A stretch of DNA of 64,000 bases, from IMG/VR virus record IMGVR_UViG_3300027805_000006, one strand, 5' to 3'. Source of the DNA: a virus (lineage: Duplodnaviria; Caudoviricetes). The translations under genes were made by a program, and so were the position numbers. Below, piece by piece: positions 18,248 through 26,660 of this stretch. The first letter of the stretch is position 1, and each line of letters opens with the position of its first letter. A model generated the notes under the pieces. It saw only the letters and a list, made by a program, of their open reading frames with translations. It ran no database searches and had not been told where the DNA came from.

Positions 18248-18423
18248 TCAACTCCAAAATGTTCTTTAATCATGTCACCAGTGCCAGCACAATTACCTGT
18301 TGCAATAATACATTCCCGCACGATCAATTCGGCAAACTCATCAGCAACATCTTGCCAGTTCATTGGTGTTTTTGTGTGCTTAACAACACACTGGGCCCAA
18401 AGTTCTCGGATAGGATCGTTCAT
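18241..18423 (-). CDS. MNER/FGVE family mini-protein
   Basis: MNDPIRELW...EFAELIVREC...EHFGVEK. Confidence 0.75.
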   Translation of the reverse strand: MNDPIRELWAQCVVKHTKTPMNWQDVADEFAELIVRECIIATGNCAGTGDMIKEHFGVEK

Positions 18424-18656
18424 TCTTCAACTCCGAAATGTCGTTTGATCTTATTTCCGACATATACCAATGCCTCGTTGAAGCCTTCATAATATTCGCT
18501 TTTGGTGTTGGTATATTGACTATTAACAGACAACTCAGCACATTCTTTCACAATTAGTTCGGCGAACTTTTCTAAATCTTGCTCAATACCAAATCGTACC
18601 ATTGATACCGCATCAAAACCAGCCTGTAGAGCAAGGTCTTTAATTCGTTCGTTCAT
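18420..18656 (-). CDS. MNER/FGVEE family mini-protein
   Basis: MNERIKDLA...KFAELIVKEC...RHFGVEE. Confidence 0.75.
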   Translation of the reverse strand: MNERIKDLALQAGFDAVSMVRFGIEQDLEKFAELIVKECAELSVNSQYTNTKSEYYEGFNEALVYVGNKIKRHFGVEE

Positions 18657-18835
18657 TCTTCATCTCCGAAATAACTATCAAAACATTTTTCGCACGTTCC
18701 GGAGATTGCTACTTCTGCATGTCCCTCTTTTGTGAAGATATTCACACCAAACTTGAACGGCTGCTTACAATCAATACACCTAGCGGTGTCCTTGTCAACC
18801 CATTCTCTACCTACTAGGCGTTGTTCAGTTGTCAT
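18653..18835 (-). CDS. small CxxC...CxxC zinc-ribbon-like protein ending FGDEE
   Basis: CIDC and CEKC; unrelated body but the same 3' junction sequence as the family. Confidence 0.65.
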   Translation of the reverse strand: MTTEQRLVGREWVDKDTARCIDCKQPFKFGVNIFTKEGHAEVAISGTCEKCFDSYFGDEE

Positions 18836-19071
18836 TGTTTAACTCCAAAATGTTTTTTAATCACTGTTGAACCTGTTAGTAATGCTTTGTTATATCCGTT
18901 GTCAAAATCTTCAACTGATTCAAATACAGGGACAGTAATACTTTCTAAAGTCAATGCACATTCTCTAACAATCAACTCGGCGTACTTTTCCAACACTAAC
19001 TCCAAAAGGATACCTTCTTGTTCAAAGGCATGTTTGGCACCTTTAGCCAGTTCTTGTATTCGTTCGTTCAT
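18832..19071 (-). CDS. MNER family mini-protein
   Basis: KYAELIVREC...KHFGVKQ. Confidence 0.8.
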   Translation of the reverse strand: MNERIQELAKGAKHAFEQEGILLELVLEKYAELIVRECALTLESITVPVFESVEDFDNGYNKALLTGSTVIKKHFGVKQ

Positions 19072-19241
19072 TTTCTATTCATCCATCCGATAATGAAAAA
19101 TATTGGCATCGCTGGCAACATAATAGGATAGTCATACCATTTGCTCTTTCGGAATTTATATCCCATAATATTCAGGAAAAACACAACTCCTGCGATAGTC
19201 CACAGAATGTAAATTGCTATACAAATCAGAAATGTCGTCAT
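19068..19241 (-). CDS. 57-aa membrane protein (below track cutoff)
   Basis: MTTFLICIAIYILWTIAGVVFFL...; ATGA overlaps at both ends. Confidence 0.6.
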   Translation of the reverse strand: MTTFLICIAIYILWTIAGVVFFLNIMGYKFRKSKWYDYPIMLPAMPIFFIIGWMNRK

Positions 19242-19468
19242 TCTTCAACTCCGAAATGTTTGCGGATGTTTTCAATGGACTTATCTACAGCCCAGACAAC
19301 ATCGTCGTTTTCACAATTGCTCACACCGATCATGGCAATTTGACTAACACATTCCCGAATCAACAACTCGGCAAACTTCTCTAATTCTAGTCTACTAAAA
19401 GTCCAAGAATCGATTACTGGATAATCTCTCAGTACCTCGAGTGCGATATCATATACGCGTTCATTCAT
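19238..19468 (-). CDS. MNER/FGVEE family mini-protein
   Basis: MNERVYDIA...KFAELLIREC...KHFGVEE. Confidence 0.75.
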   Translation of the reverse strand: MNERVYDIALEVLRDYPVIDSWTFSRLELEKFAELLIRECVSQIAMIGVSNCENDDVVWAVDKSIENIRKHFGVEE

Positions 19469-19483
19469 CTAGATGCTCCTCAA
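19464..19483. repeat. 20-bp exact repeat TTGAGGAGCATCTAGATGAA (minus strand), second copy 19880-19899
   Basis: RBS plus start of two unrelated genes. Confidence 0.8.
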
Positions 19484-19590
19484 TTAAAAACCGTCACCAG
19501 CACCAAAAGAAGTACAGACATAGGCACATAGAGAATGTAGCACATCCAGAATAAACCTTCAATTAATGCATCAAACATATCACGCATCAT
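19480..19590 (-). CDS. 36-aa hydrophobic peptide (below track cutoff)
   Basis: MMRDMFDALIEGLFWMCYILYVPMSVLLLVLVTVFN; AGGAG RBS. Confidence 0.5.
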   Translation of the reverse strand: MMRDMFDALIEGLFWMCYILYVPMSVLLLVLVTVFN

Positions 19591-19617
19591 GCGCTCCTAT
19601 TTTGTTATAACTATTGG

Positions 19618-19884
19618 TCAAGCAAAGTCTTTACGATTGTGACGCTCGCGAGCAGAACTAGCGAAATTGCTGATGTTGCCACACTTGTCTTCCCAACGAA
19701 GCAGACTACGAGCAGTCCAACCAATGTCTATCTTGCTTTCGCAGACAGCCTCTTGGTTCACAACACCATTGAGAAAGATACGCACATGATATCGACCGTT
19801 GATGCAGCGAACAGTAACTTCATGCTCGCACTCGCCTACGATGCAACGCTGGATTTGGATAAGTTGAGTATAGCGGTCTTTCAT
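19618..19884 (-). CDS. hypothetical protein
   Basis: ORF with GAGGAG RBS. Confidence 0.7.
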   Translation of the reverse strand: MKDRYTQLIQIQRCIVGECEHEVTVRCINGRYHVRIFLNGVVNQEAVCESKIDIGWTARSLLRWEDKCGNISNFASSARERHNRKDFA

Positions 19885-19920
19885 CTAGATGCTCCTCAAA
19901 TAGTACGTTCGTGTGCTGGG

Positions 19921-20043
19921 TTATTGAAACAAGTACAGTATTCCATAGAGCACCAGCAAGGGTCCATAGAGTGTAGCACACACAATGCCCAGTAGCAGAA
20001 GAAAGGAAGCAAAGAACTCAACAAACTCGCCAAGTTCGCTCAT
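19921..20043 (-). CDS. 40-aa hydrophobic peptide (below track cutoff)
   Basis: MSELGEFVEFFASFLLLLGIVCATLYGPLLVLYGILYLFQ; GAGGAG RBS. Confidence 0.55.
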   Translation of the reverse strand: MSELGEFVEFFASFLLLLGIVCATLYGPLLVLYGILYLFQ

Positions 20044-20053
20044 GCTATTCTCC

Positions 20054-20131
20054 TCACTTACCCAGGTAGTGAACAATTACGGTGGGACCCACTAGGCATA
20101 GCATTGCTACGATACCAATCAGAATATCCAT
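20054..20131 (-). CDS. 25-aa hydrophobic peptide (below track cutoff)
   Basis: MDILIGIVAMLCLVGPTVIVHYLGK; GAGG RBS. Confidence 0.45.
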   Translation of the reverse strand: MDILIGIVAMLCLVGPTVIVHYLGK

Positions 20132-20132
20132 G

Positions 20133-20330
20133 TTAACCCTCAATTCGTTGTTCAACCAGCTGCGCCATGTACAGAGTGTCCCGGTACCGAGCAACCCACG
20201 ACTCTGAACTCATCGCATTTTCAAAGCTTTTTATCGCTTCTTGCTTAGTGCGATAAGAACCGAGCAGGAAGGGACCCTGCTCGTCTCTGCCACCTACCAC
20301 ATAGCCATGATCCCAGTTCTTCATGTTCAA
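20133..20330 (-). CDS. hypothetical protein
   Basis: Coupled ORF. Confidence 0.6.
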   Translation of the reverse strand: MNMKNWDHGYVVGGRDEQGPFLLGSYRTKQEAIKSFENAMSSESWVARYRDTLYMAQLVEQRIEG

Positions 20331-20650
20331 GCCTCCACAGTCAGCACCGGAGCTGGATCAGTAATACGGCCTTCGTACTCCAGCTGGCTCTTCTCGTACC
20401 AGGTCAGGAAGTCGTCTGCCACAACCTTGTAGGAAACGATGTACTCGCGATACCCCTCGTTGTTGCACTCAATTTGGCCACGCACACGGTCCACGATCAC
20501 CTCGATCATGTCGCACTCGTCCACGTTCTTGACCACGTAGTCGCTGCCGCCCTTGGCCTTCCAGTAGGCATCAGCACCAGTACCCAGCGAACCATCTTCG
20601 CGCCAGGCGTAGTTTTCGAAACATTGAGTAGTGATCAGAAGTTTGGTCAT
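20327..20650 (-). CDS. conserved phage early protein
   Basis: MTKLLITTQCFENY...YWKAKGG; AAGGAGG RBS; behind an early promoter. Confidence 0.75.
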   Translation of the reverse strand: MTKLLITTQCFENYAWREDGSLGTGADAYWKAKGGSDYVVKNVDECDMIEVIVDRVRGQIECNNEGYREYIVSYKVVADDFLTWYEKSQLEYEGRITDPAPVLTVEA

Positions 20651-20693
20651 CGTTTCCTCCTTATCCCTAAGTGTTAATTTAAACAATGAGACT

Positions 20694-20722
20694 ATTATAC
20701 ATCAACCAATAATCTTGTACAC
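20694..20722 (-). promoter_or_regulatory. early promoter GTGTAC-N17-TATAAT
   Basis: Spacer AAGATTATTGGTTGATG nearly matches the 27764 promoter. Confidence 0.8.
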
Positions 20723-20740
20723 TACTATTTTGTAACAAGC

Positions 20741-20771
20741 AAAAACCTGTAACTAAAGTTACAGGTTTTTT
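20741..20771. terminator. 14-bp perfect inverted repeat (terminator and/or operator)
   Basis: AAAAACCTGTAACT-AA-AGTTACAGGTTTTT; overlaps a GTTAC box. Confidence 0.65.
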
Positions 20772-20796
20772 GAAACTATTTTACAGGTTACTAACT

Positions 20797-20982
20797 TTAA
20801 TCGTCAATCCATTCGTGCTTATATTTCTTCCAGCACTGAATAGCCTTTTTTAGATTATCCATCTGTTCTAGACGAATATGATCCATGATTCCCCATTCAT
20901 GATATGTGTTTGTCATCTTCCAAAGACGATCATGTCTCTCTTGTAGAGTTGCAATAACAACATCGTATTTTTCTTCAGTCAT
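20797..20982 (-). CDS. hypothetical protein
   Basis: Coupled ORF. Confidence 0.55.
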   Translation of the reverse strand: MTEEKYDVVIATLQERHDRLWKMTNTYHEWGIMDHIRLEQMDNLKKAIQCWKKYKHEWIDD

Positions 20983-21257
20983 TGTTTACACCTTGCGCGG
21001 ATAGCGGCTGCGCAGACGGAGATCTGCCATGCAGCACTGCGCAGACTGATTGTTTCATCCGTATCTGCGCCGTCACATGCCTGTTCATTTTTCATTGCTT
21101 TGGCATCGCACACCTTCGCACACGCCTCACGCTCGGCAGCGGCAACAAGTTCAGCAAAGCGCGCGAACACGGGGTAGAGATCGCGCTCTACCCACGCGAC
21201 GTGTTCAAACATGGCCCCAGCCTCCTGCGCCATATGCATGATGTCGTCTCTGGTCAT
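20979..21257 (-). CDS. distant MNER-like family member
   Basis: MTRDDIMHMAQEAG...RFAELVAAAEREAC shares the central FAEL..EC core. Confidence 0.65.
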   Translation of the reverse strand: MTRDDIMHMAQEAGAMFEHVAWVERDLYPVFARFAELVAAAEREACAKVCDAKAMKNEQACDGADTDETISLRSAAWQISVCAAAIRARCKQ

Positions 21258-21769
21258 GCTAACTCCTCATTTGGAAATTCTTTAGTTGGTCGAAACATAT
21301 ACTCCGACTTCTCAGGAATAACATATGGAAAAGTTACAGGAACTCTGGACTCATATGATGTGAAATGGGATTTAAACGGCTTACCGTCATTAATACTTGG
21401 AACTGATACCCATTCCCAGAACACTTTGCCATCGATATTGTATGCACCATTGTTATCTTTGAAGACACTGCCGCAACGCTTGTTCTGAAACAGAGGACCT
21501 CCATCAGTGCCATAGGATCTGCTAATATCAACCCACTCCTGGTCTTCACCAGTTAATGGTGTAACTGGCTTGAATCTTGCAAGCGTATCAAACAAATTAA
21601 GCGTATATGGCGCAGTAGTTCCAGAGTGCCCTTCATCACTGAATGTCTCTAGCAACTTTAGAACGTGATTGCAAATTTGTTCTTGCATTTCGTCGGAGAA
21701 CTTGCCGTTCTCATCCATCCAGCCAGCGGCCCTAAACTCATTCTTTGCGTAAAATTCGTAGTTGCTCAT
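21254..21769 (-). CDS. conserved phage hypothetical protein
   Basis: MSNYEFYAKNEF...FSDEGHSG...PLTG...QNKR; AGGG upstream of 21769. Confidence 0.7.
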   Translation of the reverse strand: MSNYEFYAKNEFRAAGWMDENGKFSDEMQEQICNHVLKLLETFSDEGHSGTTAPYTLNLFDTLARFKPVTPLTGEDQEWVDISRSYGTDGGPLFQNKRCGSVFKDNNGAYNIDGKVFWEWVSVPSINDGKPFKSHFTSYESRVPVTFPYVIPEKSEYMFRPTKEFPNEELA

Positions 21770-21838
21770 TCTAATCCCTCGTAAAACATTATGCGCCACA
21801 TTTCTTTTACAATTTTAATCAAAAATCAACCTGCGCAA

Positions 21839-22177
21839 TTAATATTTTAAATGTAACCAACCAATATCCTTTTCCATTGGAGTTATAGTAACTTCTTTCT
21901 TTGAAGACTCAATCAAATTTGATAGAACACCCATTCCATAGACTGAGCATCCATACGCATTTTTGCTACACCCGTATGTTGAGCCTGACGCTCCACGAAA
22001 GTAGAAGCAATTTTCATCTTCAGAGACTGAAACAATTCCACTGTTCATCTTCCAACTATCGCCTCCCGCAAACCCACCGACCCAAGTTGCAAAAACACGG
22101 TAGTGCTGTGGAAGCTCCTCTTTGATCGGTGTAATCTTTAAAACCATCCACCTGTCTGGCATATAATCTTTGCTCAT
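21839..22177 (-). CDS. conserved phage hypothetical protein
   Basis: PDRWMVLKI...GGDSWKMNSGI. Confidence 0.7.
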   Translation of the reverse strand: MSKDYMPDRWMVLKITPIKEELPQHYRVFATWVGGFAGGDSWKMNSGIVSVSEDENCFYFRGASGSTYGCSKNAYGCSVYGMGVLSNLIESSKKEVTITPMEKDIGWLHLKY

Positions 22178-22458
22178 GTACGTGCTCCAAATTGTTTTCT
22201 GATGATAGTGATCTGTTCATCAAGAATAGCATTTTTCTGATATAATGAAGTTTGCCCTGAATATGTTCCACCGCTGTACGGATCATCTTTCTTACTTGTG
22301 TCTAAAACATTTATGCATTCATTCACAATTGATGTTGCAAAATCTTCAAGTGTCAACAGGGATTGGCCATGTCCTGAGAAAGATACAAATTCTCCATGCA
22401 CGTCTTTTCCGAAGTAAAGCCCTGCTTGCTCTGCTAGACTTCTAATTCGCTGATTCAT
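22174..22458 (-). CDS. divergent MNER family member
   Basis: MNQRIRSLAEQAG...DFATSIVNEC...KQFG. Confidence 0.7.
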   Translation of the reverse strand: MNQRIRSLAEQAGLYFGKDVHGEFVSFSGHGQSLLTLEDFATSIVNECINVLDTSKKDDPYSGGTYSGQTSLYQKNAILDEQITIIRKQFGART

Positions 22459-22461
22459 TAT

Positions 22462-22818
22462 TTAATCCTCTAATTTTATAAATCGCTTAGTATTTGTTTT
22501 ACGAGTTCCGCTCATCCACGGTTGAATAGACATGTTGTTCAAATACATCTCCATTGTAGGAATGAAACCAAGATCCTGCTGAATATGATCCTCTGCAATG
22601 TCTCTAGGAGAATATTCTCTACCATCTGAATTTATGCGCGTACGACCAAAAACTTTTTCTACTAAAAAGCACCCAAATGCGGAGTGTAAAATAGCGCGGT
22701 GGCGGACATCAGCAACTGCTTGCTTCGTCGAATCGATAAAGTCGTCAATGTCGGCATAGTCATCTGGCTTTCCACCATACTTCTTAACATGAATCTTACT
22801 GTGTAGAAATGGCTTCAA
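22462..22818 (-). CDS. DUF6915-like protein
   Basis: KPFLHSK...KKYGG...Y..I.DF.D...HRAILHSAFG...AE.HI.QDLG.IPT (recalled family pattern). Confidence 0.65.
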   Translation of the reverse strand: MKPFLHSKIHVKKYGGKPDDYADIDDFIDSTKQAVADVRHRAILHSAFGCFLVEKVFGRTRINSDGREYSPRDIAEDHIQQDLGFIPTMEMYLNNMSIQPWMSGTRKTNTKRFIKLED

Positions 22819-23087
22819 GGAAGCCTCTTGACTATTGATACGACTTCACCGCTGTTGGCTTCATAACTCATGCACCCTCGCTCAAGACACGAATGGTCAA
22901 TCATGAATTTATTTTCAATCGATGTCGCGCTCATTGACGCTCGAAGATGTTCAATTTCTATAGCAGCCTCTTCAAGGAGGTCAGCAATTCGGTCAGGCTT
23001 ACCCTCCTGCACGCTCTTCCTCGATGGGATTTGGCGCCTAATCTCAGCACGCTTTCTTAGCCGATAAACAACATCATTCTCATCCAT
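22815..23087 (-). CDS. hypothetical protein
   Basis: LRKRAEIRRQI..RKSVQEG..DRIADLLEEAA. Confidence 0.65.
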   Translation of the reverse strand: MDENDVVYRLRKRAEIRRQIPSRKSVQEGKPDRIADLLEEAAIEIEHLRASMSATSIENKFMIDHSCLERGCMSYEANSGEVVSIVKRLP

Positions 23088-23088
23088 C

Positions 23089-23325
23089 TTATTCCTTTGA
23101 CTCCATTGCCCAATGCACTACCTTCCAATCATCTAGACAGTCCTCAAAGCAGTAAATTGCATCAACATGGGTCTGACCATACTTTTCACACATCTTGCTA
23201 TACCAGTAGGGCCAGTATTCTTTCCTCACATCTTCTTCAGACATTGTAACATATTCTGGGTCACCTGCATCATTTTTTGGTTGGACGAAGGTAAAGTATC
23301 TCATCACCATTCTCCCTCTGCGCAA
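23089..23325 (-). CDS. hypothetical protein
   Basis: ORF in gene series. Confidence 0.6.
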   Translation of the reverse strand: MRRGRMVMRYFTFVQPKNDAGDPEYVTMSEEDVRKEYWPYWYSKMCEKYGQTHVDAIYCFEDCLDDWKVVHWAMESKE

Positions 23326-23492
23326 GACATCAGGTACCTATAAACCGCCTCTGGATCTTTCTCAAATACTTCTTCTGGCGTGCAGCCAAAAAATTTATTA
23401 TGTCTATTCCACCAATCCACAGCAAGGTCAAGTCCTAGCATACCAACTAGAAGAGCGTGGCACCTCCTATGAAGATTATCAGAGGATAGCAT
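23304..23492 (-). CDS. hypothetical protein (antitoxin Xre/MbcA C-terminal-like)
   Basis: WWNRHNKFFG.TP...V..YL pattern. Confidence 0.45.
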   Translation of the reverse strand: MLSSDNLHRRCHALLVGMLGLDLAVDWWNRHNKFFGCTPEEVFEKDPEAVYRYLMSCAEGEW

Positions 23493-23769
23493 CTTTAACT
23501 ATTATCTTAGTTGGACAATCATCGCGTGGGCACACATAACCAATCACCTCACCATTTGCGCCAATACCACAGACCGAGCACCCCTTATTCGCCCCAGGGA
23601 CGTAAGGAGCACTTCGGTTTTCTCGTCCATTGTTCATTGCCTCAAGGTATCCACAATCATAGACGTTCGATAGCATCTGTGAAAATAAATCTGCAAAGTT
23701 TCTTGGCATACCTGCAGAGACAAGAGTGTCTACAGTATTTTCAATAATTTGTTGCTTATATGTTTTCAA
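23479..23769 (-). CDS. protein with C-terminal CxxC...CxxxxC module
   Basis: CSVCGIGANGEVIGYVCPRDDCPTK; paralogue of 17701..18036. Confidence 0.7.
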   Translation of the reverse strand: MKTYKQQIIENTVDTLVSAGMPRNFADLFSQMLSNVYDCGYLEAMNNGRENRSAPYVPGANKGCSVCGIGANGEVIGYVCPRDDCPTKIIVKDAIL

Positions 23770-23990
23770 GAGACATACTCCTTGACATTCTGCAATTTAA
23801 AATGAGATGCAATTTTATTTGAAACCGAAGTATCATGTGTATCGGTAATTTTTATACATTCCTGAATAATTAGCCGTGCAAACTTGTCGCGGTCAAATCG
23901 GTGATGCGTGCTAGGAAAACCACCGAAGCCAAAGTCACTCGGTTCTTCAACCCAGCATTTTGAGGAAATTTGATAAATTAAATCGCTCAT
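23766..23990 (-). CDS. divergent MNER family member
   Basis: DKFARLIIQEC...SHF. Confidence 0.65.
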   Translation of the reverse strand: MSDLIYQISSKCWVEEPSDFGFGGFPSTHHRFDRDKFARLIIQECIKITDTHDTSVSNKIASHFKLQNVKEYVS

Positions 23991-23993
23991 TTA

Positions 23994-24191
23994 TTACTCA
24001 CTTTTAAAATGGTCTTTTAGACGTTGGGAATACTCACTTGCAGGTACGCGCCGATCAACAAGGTCTTGAACAACTGCAGCACATTCTTTAACAGAAAGTG
24101 CAAACAGCCTATCGAATTTTTCTTCATGAAACCACACGTCATAGTCACCAAATTCAGCCTCATCTAAAATGCTCTTAAGTCTGTGATTCAT
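23994..24191 (-). CDS. divergent MNER family member
   Basis: MNHRLKSIL...VKECAAVV...KDHF. Confidence 0.65.
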   Translation of the reverse strand: MNHRLKSILDEAEFGDYDVWFHEEKFDRLFALSVKECAAVVQDLVDRRVPASEYSQRLKDHFKSE

Positions 24192-24394
24192 CGCTTAACT
24201 CCGAATTTTTCTGCCATATACCAGCCAACGCTAATATCCCGATCGTAATCGGGATATCCCTGCTCCTTCAACTCTGCAATTTTAGCACATTCCTGAACAA
24301 TCAACTCGGCGAACTTTTCTGGATTAAGGTAGGCAGGACCAACACCGTCTTCTTCCCAGCATTGATCAACTAGTTCTTTAATTCGTTCGTTCAT
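24188..24394 (-). CDS. MNER family mini-protein
   Basis: MNERIKELV...KFAELIVQEC...KFGVKR. Confidence 0.75.
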   Translation of the reverse strand: MNERIKELVDQCWEEDGVGPAYLNPEKFAELIVQECAKIAELKEQGYPDYDRDISVGWYMAEKFGVKR

Positions 24395-24609
24395 TCCGAA
24401 ACTCCGAAATGTTGTTCAATATAAGCACCAGCCATTAGTTGACCAGCATATAGTTCATTATTCGTACCGCGATTATAACATTGGTTCAAGCATTCTTTAA
24501 TAATCAACTCAGCAAACTTTTCCGCAAACGAAACAGGATGTCCAAAGTCTGGACTTACCGCAGTTACTTCCCAAGCCTGTTCGGCAAGTTCTTTAACTCT
24601 CTCATTCAT
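24391..24609 (-). CDS. MNER family mini-protein
   Basis: MNERVKELA...KFAELIIKEC...HFGVSE. Confidence 0.75.
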   Translation of the reverse strand: MNERVKELAEQAWEVTAVSPDFGHPVSFAEKFAELIIKECLNQCYNRGTNNELYAGQLMAGAYIEQHFGVSE

Positions 24610-24857
24610 TTTCCTGCTCCTTCAACTAGTGCCTGGAACTCATGCCAGTATTGAGGCATGCCCCAGGTTTCCTCTGTAGAGTTAGCCCACCTGTCAAATG
24701 TTCCATATCGCTCACTTACCTGGAATTGTCCATGCATATTCACCCGCCAATGTCGTCCATGACCCTTCCAGTTCAGACGACAGTTACGAAGCTTACGTCC
24801 TTCAGCGCGCAGCCCTGCCTTAGAAGCCCAATGGTGAATCTGCTTAGGCACTTTCAC
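24606..24857 (-). CDS. hypothetical protein
   Basis: Coupled ORF. Confidence 0.6.
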   Translation of the reverse strand: MKVPKQIHHWASKAGLRAEGRKLRNCRLNWKGHGRHWRVNMHGQFQVSERYGTFDRWANSTEETWGMPQYWHEFQALVEGAGK

Positions 24858-25230
24858 GGTTTAACCTTTTATAGTAGGGTTTTTCAAGCGAGTGCCAAAA
24901 TAGATCAAAGTAGTCTTCAACTTGGTTGATATTATTAAACGAATTCATGTCAATATTAAAGAATGGCTTGTCACTGCCAAGATTAAAATTTACTGTAGCC
25001 ATAAACCCAAATTCTGGAAGGTTTAAGCGATAATCACTTGGATAATTTTTACGATCATAGCAATATACAGTAATAAAATACCGAATACCAGCCTCATCAT
25101 AAACTTCGCGCTGCACAATAAAATCAGCGTATTTATTTATCTCTTTGTTTGTCGATGAAAGAGGAAACTTTCGATACCCTCGGCTCAACCAATTTTCAAC
25201 AGTTAGTTTATTCATTTTTGATGCTATCAT
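24844..25230 (-). CDS. hypothetical protein
   Basis: ORF; start uncertain. Confidence 0.55.
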   Translation of the reverse strand: MIASKMNKLTVENWLSRGYRKFPLSSTNKEINKYADFIVQREVYDEAGIRYFITVYCYDRKNYPSDYRLNLPEFGFMATVNFNLGSDKPFFNIDMNSFNNINQVEDYFDLFWHSLEKPYYKRLNRESA

Positions 25231-25627
25231 ATGATAGTCCGAGAGTCTTTAACATCTTCAGTTTAATAAGAAGGTTGGGCGATCTGAATTTTTCAGTATC
25301 GTAAAAACCTAGAATCGTTCCAATTTCGCATACTGCACCACTTCTGCAAACTCCAACCACGCAATGAACAACAACATTCATTCCAGAAGATAAAGCATGC
25401 GTCAGCAGTGAGCACAACTTCTCTATGTCCTCATCCTTCACCGAGTGCTTGCTAATTGGATCTTCTATGTCTAGAAATTTGAAGCCATGAATTTCTTTGA
25501 ATGACTTAAGAGGCTTTGGAAATTCCATGTCAGGATCAACAATTTGAATAAGCATCGAATTTTCTCCAGCATCAAAGTGTTGACCCCTTTCTATGTCAGT
25601 CAGAGAAACATTTTCAATCCAAGGCAT
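25208..25627 (-). CDS. protein-tyrosine/dual-specificity phosphatase-like protein
   Basis: HCVVGVCRS fits the HCxxGxxRS P-loop; FLD acid loop. Confidence 0.8.
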   Translation of the reverse strand: MPWIENVSLTDIERGQHFDAGENSMLIQIVDPDMEFPKPLKSFKEIHGFKFLDIEDPISKHSVKDEDIEKLCSLLTHALSSGMNVVVHCVVGVCRSGAVCEIGTILGFYDTEKFRSPNLLIKLKMLKTLGLSYDSIKNE

Positions 25628-25684
25628 TTTAAATCTTCTTAGTATTTGTTACCACTCCAGAACACGTTACTTAGCAATAATCTT

Positions 25685-26077
25685 TCAGTCTTCTGGCTTT
25701 GTGTGCTCATCACAAGCAGTATATAACCATCCTTTTCCACGCATTTTTCCCGGATTACCACAGGTTTCACATATTCTTCCACTCAAGTCTTCTGCAAAAG
25801 AAATATAAGCATCAGTTATTTCATCACCACCGTCGACATAAAAGCGAAGAGTGCCAAACTTTTCCTTCACCTGTGCGCAGATAACTGGCTCAATCTTTTT
25901 CCATTCTACCCTGCGTTGAATCTTTTCACAGAGCATGTCAATTAGGTCAAACCACCCATCATTGCACTCAATGTAAAACATAGCGAGTGGTGTTTTGTCA
26001 TTACTATCAGGATCTGCAATTCGCATGAAGATAGTTGGATACTTTTCTACGAGCAGTTTTGTTTTTTCTGGAGACAT
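25685..26077 (-). CDS. conserved phage hypothetical protein
   Basis: ECNDGW...QVKEKFGTLRFY...CETCG...C..H. Confidence 0.75.
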   Translation of the reverse strand: MSPEKTKLLVEKYPTIFMRIADPDSNDKTPLAMFYIECNDGWFDLIDMLCEKIQRRVEWKKIEPVICAQVKEKFGTLRFYVDGGDEITDAYISFAEDLSGRICETCGNPGKMRGKGWLYTACDEHTKPED

Positions 26078-26087
26078 ACTATTTCAC

Positions 26088-26399
26088 TTATTGAATTTTT
26101 TGCCAACCTACAGGCATACATAGAAAAAGTTCCTCATCAACCTTTACAATATCGCCAACACAAATCGATCGCTGGAAACCAAACAAGCGGTTACGCTCAG
26201 TTGAACGGCTAGGGTTGTTTGAAATGTCAAATACTTCTTCTGCTGCATCAACCCCGTGCTTTTCAGTTTGTGCTGCGCAAACACTTTTATATTTACCTTC
26301 TCCCCACACTTTATCTACGTAAGTAATGAATTTGCTTTGCCATAGAAACTGAGAAATATCCACTGATTTATCAAAAAAAAAGATATTTACTGAAGACAT
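26088..26399 (-). CDS. hypothetical protein
   Basis: MSSVNIF start; AEEVFDISNNP.R...SICVGDIV. Confidence 0.65.
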   Translation of the reverse strand: MSSVNIFFFDKSVDISQFLWQSKFITYVDKVWGEGKYKSVCAAQTEKHGVDAAEEVFDISNNPSRSTERNRLFGFQRSICVGDIVKVDEELFLCMPVGWQKIQ

Positions 26400-26418
26400 A
26401 TCACCCCCTAACGTTGAC

Positions 26419-26658
26419 TTACTCTTCTTCTGTATCGTTTGGCGACTCTTTGAAATGCCCCTTTGCAATAAGTTGCTCAAAGGTGCTAAACAACTTTTCA
26501 AACTTCATTTGATACAGAGTTTTCATTCCAAGAAGGACATTTGCCAATTCATCCTCGGACATACGACGCTCGCAGGAGGTCTCAAACAACATGTCGATGT
26601 CATCAACAACGCCCCAGCACTTCATGATTTCCTGCTCAAGATCAAATCGGTTAGCCAT
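26419..26658 (-). CDS. conserved phage hypothetical protein
   Basis: RFDLEQEIMKCWGVVDDI. Confidence 0.7.
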   Translation of the reverse strand: MANRFDLEQEIMKCWGVVDDIDMLFETSCERRMSEDELANVLLGMKTLYQMKFEKLFSTFEQLIAKGHFKESPNDTEEE

Positions 26659-26660
26659 TT

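Noticed and set aside
15242-19074. Diversity-generating retroelement TR/VR pair
   Set aside because: The 130- and 107-bp copies are fully identical with no adenine-specific mismatches, and no reverse transcriptase is present.
12722-24609. CRISPR array or integron made of the TCTTCAACTCCGAAATG repeats
   Set aside because: Repeats are coding gene ends, spacing is irregular and gene-sized, no attC-like inverted cores, and no cas or integrase gene in the window.
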